A DNA stretch of 64,000 bases, taken from assembly GCF_963921235.1 (NCBI RefSeq), contig NC_086107.1, forward strand, positions 96,288,001 through 96,352,000, read 5' to 3'. The position numbers and the translations under genes are program-made. Positions 23,070-33,530 of this stretch are shown piece after piece; the first letter of the stretch is position 1, and every line of letters starts with the position of its first letter. The notes beneath the pieces were generated by a model. The model was not told the DNA's origin, searched no databases, and was given only the letters and a program-made list of their open reading frames with translations. Source of the stretch: Mobula hypostoma. Lineage: Eukaryota.

Positions 23070-25150
23070 TGTATTCGTGTGAACAAAGTCACCATAGAGA
23101 CTTGGTGGAGATCAAATAGTGTCTTTATTTGACAAAATGAGATACAGAAAACATCATATTGAGACCATTTCAGAGGAAGAGACCTGCTTGAAACAACACT
23201 ACATGACATTTTATCTGCTAAAGATTAGAGGCCAATTTCATATTTACAATGCTTCCTTTGAATTACACACAGCCTTCATACCAGACATCTAAATGTTGAA
23301 TTTTAATCAGCATTGTGTGGTCAGTAAACTAAACGTGATTCATGGGTCTTAGGAACCCATTGTTCAGAGTTGCATTTGAAATTTGCTCTACATTCCACAT
23401 TTCAGATTTGAAGATTGGTGGCTGAAGTTAGTTGCTGGAACTATTTGCTATATGTGCTAACCCAAAAAATACCCTACCAGAACCTTCTCTTGGCCCTTCT
23501 GTACATCATAAATTTGAACCAGGAAAGGCCAACCATGAGGAGGATCTACTCAAATAGGGTAGTGGAAATTCCCTACTTCGGAATCCCTCCCAATTACTGT
23601 GTGCATCCACATCTACCCTACCACCCTTAACAGCTACCTACAAGACACTAAGCAGAGAGATTGTTCCAGAAATTCGAACTACAGTCTTTAAAAATGTAGG
23701 GTCTCTTTCCACGGTCACCAGCAAAGTAAAATGTATCAGGCTTACAGGCCCTCTCATCGATGCACAGGAAGGGGGTGAGGTGGCCTCTATTTGAATGTCT
23801 GCAAGGACCTCTCCTAGTGGCACCCCCTTCCAAACTGTCCAGTCAATTGCTGACACAAGCGCTGAAATGGCCCAGCTCATTTGTGTTCACTCCCCATTCA
23901 GGCTGGGGATGACTGCCATGTGCAATTTCTTCTCTTTCTCAGTCTGCTATACCAGTGAAGTTGTGGAACCTGATGTCTCTGCTGTCACTTGGATCCCTCC
24001 CCATCTATTTTCCCTAGTATCTTTTCTATTCTATACTGTACAAATAATCATCTCCTTTCAGCAACCAGCCTTCATTACAGAGTACCGTTACCATGACACT
24101 TTAACATGCTATTTATGGCTTTCTGTCATGCTCTCGGTATCTTCTGCCTTCTATTTGTTGTGGGTCTGCTATAATCCGGTCTGGTGCAGCCGGCTGGTGT
24201 TCACCACTTAGGTTCTCTGCAATGACACTGTTACTGGGTATACTTGATCTTCTGTTCTGTCTGTGGGTGTGACAAGAAGGTAAGTTGTACAGTTTAACTA
24301 GTGTCCAGTGTTTCCACTGACTGCCTCGTCGAGTCTGCACACTTTTGTCATTTGTCAAAAGTACTATCTGTGGTCCTATCCATCTAGGAGCAAACCCTGC
24401 ATTTTCAAACCCTCACCATGACTTGGTCACCTGGCTGTGGGAGACCTTTCCTTCTGACTCTCTGATCAGCAATGTGCTGCTGTTGTTTGGCTTGGTCCTT
24501 CAACATTGGTTACAAATGTCTTTCACATACTGTGTCATTGAACCTCTGTAAGGCCCAGATTATTACCCCATTAGGGAGTCGCATTGCTAGCACCATCACT
24601 AATTTGTAGGGGCAGAGACCCAACGTATGGTTTTGGCTTGCTCACAATCTCAGGATTCCTGGTTATACACCCAGCCATTTCCTTCATCAAGTCCCACCCT
24701 CTCCATGGTCTCCAGTCTCTGTACATCTGAGACCAATCTGCTTCCCTTCCAGAGGTGATTCCTTCACTCCAATATCATCTTCCTGTTCTATTTCCATTTG
24801 GCACTCGTGTGCCTGCCCCTCCGTCAGGATGGTGCTTGCGGGATTCATTCCAGTGTCCCTAACCCTCATTAGTGACGTCCGTGGGGATGAGAGCTGCCTC
24901 CCAAGTTGCCCTTCTGCTGTTGGTAACTGCTCTCAGTCTCCCCGTATTCAGGAGTCCTACAATGCGATGGGGTGTGTTGTACGAGTTGTTCCATCATTAC
25001 CTCAGTTTCCCTTGCTCACACTGCCCATGCTGCGCAGTCTAAAGCTGCCATGCAGCGGGGAAGTCTTGTTATAACAGGTGTCTGTTTCATTCAATAATAT
25101 GCCACTAACTTTGTCCTCCTATGGTCCTGTACCACCACTCTGTTGTAATA
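23070..25150 (-). mobile_element. LTR (about 23070-23479) plus decayed internal region of an LTR retrotransposon
   Basis: LTR resembles 14631-15057 (GTGTGAA..AAGTCACC, CTTTATT, CTAACCCAAAAAAT); minus-strand purine tract next to 23480; internal blocks shared with 12030-12520. Confidence 0.5.
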
Positions 25151-25199
25151 CCCTCCCTCAATGAAAGGGGCGAGCCACATCTGGAAATCCGAACACAGA

Positions 25200-26250
25200 T
25201 GTAGATACTAGGGAATTGGTGATAAACATAAAAGCCTTTTCCTGATCTGCCTCCTCCAGAGGGGGCTTCCCTCCTTTGAGGCCTTTATCGGAGCCGGTAC
25301 TGCTAAGAATCCTTGTATGAAACCACAGCAGTTGCTGCTGAAAGCACAGCCTCTCTTCACCATCCCCACCCAAAAGCAGTGGATTATAATGGTGCACGTG
25401 TTTAATCTGTACGTGCCTGTGGTGGACGTCCTAACCCACTTTGCCCATTACGTAGAGGGCGTAGGAAACTGTGTGGACATGAAGGACAGGCTGGGGATCT
25501 GGACAAGCAAGTACCAGGTCAAAGCAAAGCTGAGAGTGGACTCCAATGACTCCGTCATCCACCCTCCCTCAGGCTTCGTCATCGGAAGGAACTGTGGCTA
25601 CGTGGTGTACACTGGGCAACCCAACTGCAACAAGGCCGAGGGCCACCAGACAAAGGACTGCACACAGGCCAAGTCCTGCAAACTGTGCAGTCAGGCAGGC
25701 CACCTGACCAGGGCCTGTCCGAGACGTGCTGGCACCTACACGCAGGTGATCAGGGGAGGTGCTGGTAACCCAGCAGAGTTAGATGCACCCGCCACCTGTG
25801 CCTGGCACCACGGTAAACACCACCATTGAGGAAGGTGCAACCATCTCAAGACCCCACACCCCCTTGCAGAAACTCTGGCCCCGCCACAAGACAAGGAGTC
25901 GTCCATGGAGGAAGGGAGAGCCGAGGGAAAAGAAGGCTGGAACCTAGTGACGGGCAAACAAAAGAAGCATCAAAAGGCCCCGCCTATACGACAGATGTCA
26001 GAGCAACAGAAGGAGAACCCCAAAAAACAGGCAGGGGAGCACACAGCTTACGGCAACGTGTGCGTCAGAGAGGAAGGTGGAGCAGGAGGCCAGCAGCACC
26101 TGCAAAGAATGCGTCAGGCAAAGAGACAGGACAGAACCAGAGAACAAAAGAAAATGCCACACCTTTGACAGTGCACTGGCAATGGAGAAATTTGTGCAGG
26201 AGCTGAAGGACTAGAACTTGGAAGCTGCGGGCAAGTGAGACAGTACAGCA
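25200..26250 (+). pseudogene. Tx1-clade ORF1 (gag-like CCHC knuckles) remnant
   Basis: CKLCSQAGHLTRACP; paralogous to 33737-35079. Confidence 0.8.
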
Positions 26251-27416
26251 GTTCTTTGACTTTTGCTTGAATAGGTATGTTCATACTGCCTAAGGGACAT
26301 AAGTGAACGCTAACGAACGTTAGCCGGGTGTTATCCACTGCATTGTTTATGTTACCAAATTTGCATTGGTTCTCATTATCTTCAGTGGCACTGTAACTAT
26401 GACCAAGTTAAATTTGATAAAGACTCTTAGTATAATTTGGTTGTAATTTCTCTGCTACTGATAACGTTGGGGCTCTGTTCTTGCTGTTGGCAATGCTGTT
26501 CCTCACCATGACGACGGCACGGGAGGACCAGTTAAGCTCCATAATTAGGCCCTCTTTTGGGGCTGTCAGGAGGTGTTCATTGTGGGGTGGCTGGGTGTAT
26601 TTCAGTTCAGGAAGTATACTTAGTTATGTTTACAATGTTCTAGTTACTATTTACTGGTTTTTACTCATCTTTTTTTTGTTACGTTGTAATCTCAGTTAGC
26701 AGTCTTGCTCAACATGATTGAAATTATAACTAATAGCCTATGCCCTGCAAACTTCAGTTTTCCTCTTGGAATGTAAGAGGATTAAATAAACTTGTCAAGT
26801 TAAAGCAAGTCATGAGTAGGATAAGACAGTCAAAAGCCGAAACAGTTTTTCTGCAGGAGACCCATTTAACCCCTGAGGATATAGTTAGAGTAAGGAGGAG
26901 ATGGCCGGGACAGGTTTTTCCCCCTTTCAGTTCACACTCACGGGGGGGGGTAATTACCCTTATACATAAGTTGGTGCCTTTCCACCTTGTTAATGTTACT
27001 GAAGACCAATCTGGCAGATACCTTAATATTCAATGTGAAATTTTCTCAATCAGGTTTAATTTGGTCAATGTGTATGGGACAAATGATGGCAATCCAGCTT
27101 TTTTCAGACATCTGTTTTTATCATCAGCTGCTCTGCCGGGCCATCTTATTGTAGGTGGTGATTTTAATTGTGCATTTCAACCTGAACTAGACAGATCTAA
27201 TGGGGTAGAGATACCTCTCACCATCAGACAAGAAAAGAGTTATCGCAATGTGCTAAAGACTTTAATTTAGTTGATGTGTGGAGAAGGAAGAACCCAGATA
27301 AACTAATCTTTTCCTGCTATTCTAGCACTTGCCAGACCTTTTCCAGAATTGATTATTACTTAGTTTCAGCTGCTTTATTATCCACAATTATAAGCTGCTG
27401 GTACAATAGCATAATA

Positions 27417-29004
27417 CAGGTTTCCTCCGCCATCTGAAGGTACAGCGTTCCTAGGAAACGATTCGTAAGCCGGAATGTCGGAAAGTGAAGAAGCAGTTAC
27501 CATTTATTTTTATGGGAAAAATTTGTGAGCGTTTGCAGACCCAAAAAATAACCTACCAAATCATGCCAAATAACACATAAAACCTAAAATAACAGTAACA
27601 TATAGTAAAAGCAGGAATGATATGATAAATACACAATCTATATAAAGTAGAAATACTTTTCTACAATCATTGCCGCACTGTTCTCCGTAGCGAAAATCTC
27701 ACGCAAGCGCTCTCAGCAGAAACACGGTGCAAGTGCTCTTGGCAGAAACACTCTCTCCAGTAACCTTTAAGCTATGAAGCTGCCAAATCATACCAAATAA
27801 CACATAAAAATACACAGCCTATATAAAGTAGAAATAATGTATGTACAGTGTAGAATCACTTACCGGAATTGGGAAGTCAGCGCCGAGCACACTGATGATG
27901 ATGTGTTAGGCTGAGTCATTGGAAGCTGGGGTGGTGTAGTGGTGTAGTGGTCCCTGACCTCCGGGCAGCAAACTGATACTGATCCACGTAGAATACAGTG
28001 GTAGCCAGGATGCACCCAGCGCATCTTTAAGAAAAAAGCTGAAATAAACAAGCTAATTAATTAGGTGCTGCCCGGCACATAATTGTCGGCCCAGATCAGA
28101 GGTGGCGCAATCGGCAATCGCCTCTGATCTGGGCAGACATTTACGTGCCAGGCTGCACCTAATTAATTAGGATGTTTATTTCGTTTTTTTCCTTAAAGAT
28201 ATGTTGGGTGTGTCCCGGCTACTGCTGCATTCTCCGCGGCCCGGGGGTTGGGGTGGTGGGACACTGGGGTGTCATCTCGTCGTCTGTCCTTGATGTCGAA
28301 GGTCGAGGCTGGTTGTCTGCTGTGGCTGATGTGGGAGGCTTGAAAAATGACAGTATGCTTGACTGCTTAGCCTTGTGTATTTTTCTATCATACATTTCTT
28401 TGTAAGCACTCAAACCATCCTGCAAATATGCCCTAAACCTACGTAAGTCGTACTTTTCTGCAATCATTGCAGCAAAAGTCTCATGCAGTTGCTTCATGTT
28501 CAGTTCCTGGAGGACTTCACTTTCGGTCCGTTCGCTACTGCATTCGGTTTCGATTGTTATCCTTTCCTCTTCCAAATGCATCAGCTCTTCATCTATCAGT
28601 TCTTGGCCATGAGATGCCAAAACCTCTTCGACATCATCTTCGCCAACTTCCACAACCCAAACTCACTTTGTCCTTACTTCATTCACCACAATCGAAATGC
28701 TTGATTATGTCTAGTTTTACACCTTTACGAGCTCTTTTAGGCTTTTCCGATACCTTAGAACTCATCTTGTTAACAGCTGTACACAGGCACGTGTTTAAGC
28801 AATGCCAGCTAGAATGCAGTTCCTGGGAGGAGCTTGGCTGCTCGGGGGACGCGCTGCCTTTTTTCACACGCCGCCTTTTATCGCACACTGCCTTTTTTCA
28901 TAACAGTGAAAACACCTTCTGTTAGCGAAAACAGGTAACTAATGTAGGTCTTTCGTAACAGAGAGGTTTCTTAAAGCAAACATTCGAAAAGTGGGGGACA
29001 CCTG
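27417..29004 (-). mobile_element. Non-autonomous Tigger/pogo-like DNA transposon
   Basis: TA TSD (27415-16, 29005-06); imperfect TIRs CAGGTTTCCTCCGC / GTGGGGGACACCTG; HTH start MSSKVSEKPKRARKGVKLDIIKHFD joined to C-terminal DVEEVLASHGQELIDEEL...KQSSILSFFK; no DDE core seen. Confidence 0.88.
27991..28232. repeat. Long imperfect inverted repeat (~110 bp arms) inside the Tigger-like element
   Basis: 27991-28102 pairs with 28120-28232 (e.g. CTAATTAATTAGGTGC...CCCAGATCAGAGG / CCTCTGATCTGGG...GCACCTAATTAATTAG). Confidence 0.88.
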
Positions 29005-32000
29005 TAATTTCAGATCACGCCCCGATTTCATTGAACCTGCCTAACGCTTTACATTACTCCCCAAGATGGCAGCTTCAAGTGATTTGGCTTAAGGATCCAG
29101 AATTTATAGAGTTTATTGGAGAACAGATAGACTACTATTTTGCAAATAATACGGACCAGACATCTGCTGCTATAAGGTTGGAAGCCTTTAAAGCCTTTCT
29201 AAGAGGTCAGATGATTAGCTTTACCAGCTTTAAACATAAATCTTTTAGATTGGAAATAGAACAGCTTGAAAAAAGAATATAAGAGACTGAATCTGTAATA
29301 TTTCAAAATCCCTCTCAGCAGCTATTTGCAGAACTTAACAAACTGAGAGCCAAATATAATGTATTGTCCATTAATAAGGCAACAAAAAGTTTGATGAGAC
29401 TGACGCAATCCTATTTTGAGCAGGGTGAAAAGGCTAGTAAACTCTTGGCCTGGCGCATCAAACAGATACAAACAGAAAGGGCAATGAACTCCATACAATC
29501 AGATGAGGGGGTGACAACTGCTGACCCAAAAGAAATAAACAATATCTTTTTGAGACTTTACCAAAATCTGTATAACACAGAATATTTAGATTCAGCTCCA
29601 CAAATACAAAAGGAATTTCTCAACTTGTTAGAATTTACACCCCTGGATGAAACGTCCTTGACCTCGCTGGAGTTTAACTTAGAGGCTTAAGAATTGTCTG
29701 AAGCTATAACTAACATGAAGGGAGGGAAAACTCCTGGGCCCCATGGAATTCCGATTGAAATATATAAAATCTTTAAGACTAAATTAATACCATCTCTGCT
29801 TGATGTGTATCAGGAGTCACTTGACATTAGATCCCTTCCCCTCTCTCTTAATATGGCAGTAATTACACTGCTGTTAAACCCTGGAAAACCACCTTCCCTC
29901 TGTGGATCTTACAGGCCAATCTCACTTCTGAACAATGATCTCAAAATTCTCTGTAAGGTATTAGCTAGGAGGCTGGAGCCACTCTTGCCAAAAATGGTCC
30001 ACCAAAATGGATTTGTTAAGGGAAGGCAGGGCTTCCACAACATTTGAAGAGTGCTTAATAGACTTTATGAAAAATCTGGAAGCTCTGATAGCGCTATTCT
30101 GTCATTGGAAGCCAAGAAAGCCTTTGACAGAGTGGAATGGCAATATCTGTTTAAAGTTTTAGGAAGATTTGGTACAGGGGGAAAATTTCTAAGGTGGATA
30201 CAGCTTCTTTATTCTAACTCACAGGCTGAAATTTTAACTAATGGGCTTTTGTCGGCATCTTTTAAACTCTAACGGGGAACAAGACGGCTGTGCCCTATCT
30301 CCCCACCTGTTTATCCTGGCCATTGAGCCACTTGCAATGGCAATTCGAAAACAGGCTAACATAGCAGGAATAACTATAGGAGATATAGAACACGGCACAG
30401 CCCTGTATGCGGATGACATAATTTTGTTTTGCTCCAACTTGAAACAAACAATACCTGCCTTAATTGACCTGATAAATACTTTTGGTACTTTTGCAGGCTA
30501 TAAAATAAACAACAACAAATCTGCAAAATTATTCATGAATAAAGATGAGAGACTCAATCCCCCACTTCAAACTCCGTTTATGGTGTCAGAACAGGGTTTT
30601 ACTTATTTAGGTGTTAAAATTACTCCTACTATTGATAAAATTATCCCAACTAATTATAACCCTCTCACAGACTCAGTTATTCAACTTATAAACAGATGGA
30701 CGAAATTGCCCATATCTTTGATTGGATACATAAACATTCTAAAAATGTCAATTTTACCAAAGTTCCTGTGCCTTTTCCAATCTATACCACCTTCTCCTCC
30801 ATCATCTTTCTTTTATTTATTAAAGAATTTTTTTTCTAATTTTATCTTGAATAATAGACGTCCAAGACTCAGGCTTTCTCTGTTATATCTGCCGTATGAT
30901 AGAGGCGGTTTACAGCTACTAAATCTTATATGGTGTTTCTGGGCGGCCCAAATTAGAACAGGAATGTTTTACTTTGTTAAGGATCACTCTCCTACTTGGG
31001 TCTCAATGGAATCCCAGTCGATCAATATCCCTCTAGAACTATATATGTATTCAGCAGGTAAGAAAAAACTGGTCAAACAAACTAAAAACCCTTTCGTAAA
31101 AAATACAATAATGTTTTGGCATGATGCTCTTGCGTATTTGGGAGAGACATCACAGTTACCCCAGTTAACTCCTATCTTTGGTAATGATAGCTTCTGGCCC
31201 GGCACAGCAGACGCTGGTTTTAAAACTTGGTCGACCCAAGGCACAGCTAAGGTGTCTGATCTTTATAATGGCAATACATTTATGTCATCTGAAGAACTTA
31301 AGGCCACATATGGAATTCCAGCAAAACACTTTCTTAAATACCTTCAGTTGTGAAGTTTTATTATGTCCAGGCAAGGTTACAGTTTGAAGCTCCCTCCTTT
31401 AGCTACCCTAGAAGACATCATTCTGAAATTATCTGAAGCTAGGGGACATGTGTCTGTAGTATACAATTTGTTTGCAAGTAAATGCAAAGAGTCATCAAAC
31501 AACATACTACAAGCATGGAGAACTGATTTGCATGAGAATCTGTCAGAAAAAGAGCAGTCAGAAGTTTGTTCATTAGTTCAAACCCAATCAGTGAACACTC
31601 ATCCTAAATTACTACAATACAAATGGATAACCAGACAGTACATTACTCCAGTCAGGTTGCATCACTTTAACCCCAACGTTCCAGACACATGCATTAAATG
31701 TAATCACCAAAAGGGGTCTCTATTCCATTGAATGTGCGAGTGCCCACAGATAATCTGCTTCTGGAAGAAGGTGCTGGATTTGATTAGACAGATTATTGGA
31801 AAAAAGGTGCCCCTTGATCCTAAATTATGTATTCTGAATATTTATCCAAAGGATTTTGTAACCTCCAAAAATGTAAGGTCTCTGCTTAATATTTGTTTTT
31901 TGGAAGCCAAACGCTGCATAGCCTATTCATGGAAGAAACCAACAACCAGTGGACTCTCACAATGGCTGAAAGGAATGACTTCTTATCTTGCTCGAGAAAA

Positions 32001-32094
32001 GATAAGCTACTTCACAAAAAACAAAGCTGGCAAATTTCAGGAAATTTGGGACATTTTCTACAAGTTTCTGGAGAACAATATTAGCGAACAGCTG

Positions 32095-32592
32095 AACGCA
32101 CACGCTGATGCGATTAGCGAACTGCAGAATGCACACCCTGATAAGACTGTTTATTGTCGCCGGAGATTTCAACCATGCGAATCTCAAGTCAGTGCTCCCC
32201 AAATTCCATCAACATCTGGACTTTGCAATGAGATGGGCAAACGCGTTGGACTTTGTTTATACAAACATCCCTGCCGTGTACTAGGCGGAGCCCCGCCCCC
32301 ACCTCGGTTACTCAGACCACATCTTTGTTATGCTAATTCCAGCAAACAGACGGTTCGTCAGACGCTCCGGACCAGTTCTGAAGCAGGTGAAAATCTGGCC
32401 AGCAGGAGCCATCTCTGCTCAAGACCGCTTTGAGTGCACTGACTAGCACATGTCCAGGGAGGCTGCAACCGATGGTGACTCCACCAACTTAAGAGGAGTA
32501 CATGGCATCAGTGACTAGCTACATCACTTGTTGGGCAAAGGAGAACATTCAGCCAGAGACTCATTCCACCGAGATGCAACACTGAGCGTCAT
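32095..32592 (+). mobile_element. Rex1/Babar-type fragments (endonuclease piece plus 3' ORF piece)
   Basis: DAISELQNAHPD...VAGDFNHANLKSVLPKF; 32528-32592 matches 55701-55766. Confidence 0.72.
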
Positions 32593-32617
32593 CAAGTGTA
32601 GTTTCTGTTCTTAGCAG
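32591..32617 (+). other. U2 snRNA-like fragment; second, more diverged copy at 33542-33568
   Basis: ATCAAGTGTAGTTTCTGTTCTTAGCAG vs U2 ATCAAGTGTAGTATCTGTTCTTATCAG (U2 recalled from memory; 25/27 match). Confidence 0.75.
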
Positions 32618-32636
32618 ATCGGAAGGCGGAGGAGAA

Positions 32637-33530
32637 GAGTCAGCTGGTCGTTGCCGGCATACTTGTCCTATGTATCAAGGTTCTTCCAGGAGAACGCCTT
32701 TGACCACAGGGCCATCAGGCAGTGGTCGGCACGTAGTGTCCTACAGGCACTGCAGGAGAAGGACGTGATGGACACAGTGGCTTGGTTCCCTGAGCAGACC
32801 GTCCAGTTCATCTGGAAAAATGCCTCATCGCCAGATCTCACCAACAGGCACCAAGACCTCGCCTGGCTGGCGGTGAGAGGGGCCCTCCCAGTCAGAGCCC
32901 TCCTGTACGCCTGGAACGTCTTCTCCGCACCCCACTGCCCACGGGAGGACTGCAGTGAGGAGCAGTCTGTGACCCACCTCTTCGCACACTGTCATTTCGC
33001 AAAGAGGGTGTGGAGGAGGATGGACGAGATAGTGTCACGTTTCATCCCCAGCAGCTGCGTAACAGAGGACTCTCTGATCTACGGGCTGTTCACGGGGACG
33101 CACACGGAGACCAACATCCAGTGCTGCTGGCAGATCATCAACTCGGTGAAAGACGCTCTTTGGTTGGCCTGAAACTTGATGATCTACCAGCACATGGAGA
33201 TGTCCGTGGGAGAATGCTGCCGACTGGCACATTCTCAGCTGCAGGAGTACGTGCTGAGGGACGCACTGAAACTCGGTCAGCCACCGCAAGGGCCCGTTGG
33301 GAAAGGACCACGGTATAGGTTTCTTCACCCACGGGAGTGAGAAGGGTCGGGTGGCGGGGAGTATACGCCTCAACAATGATGTGGTACAATGATCTGGAAT
33401 GCCACGTGGGTGGCCATAAATATGGATATGTACTGACTTTAATGGAAACGTATGTAAAGAATGGAAAGTTATTGAATACTTTATTGTATATATTTATTTT
33501 TGAATAAAGTATATTTTGAAATTAAAAAAA
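32637..33530 (+). mobile_element. 5'-truncated Tx1-clade LINE 3' end
   Basis: DLAWLAVRGALPVR...CPREDC...HLFAHC (zf-RVT-like); AATAAA at ~33503 and A-tail. Confidence 0.88.

Larger units (their letters stand above)
26260..32090 (+). mobile_element. L1 inter-ORF region plus degenerate ORF2 (EN, RT, C-terminal Zn finger), interrupted by a Tigger-like transposon
   Basis: SWNVRGLN, LQETH, YRPISLLN, QDGCALSP, LYADD, CIKC...H; SII|ISDH is restored when 27417-29006 is removed. Confidence 0.9.

Noticed and set aside
32591..32617. Functional U2 snRNA gene
   Set aside because: Only 27 bp match, with no U2 5' stem, Sm site or 3' domain
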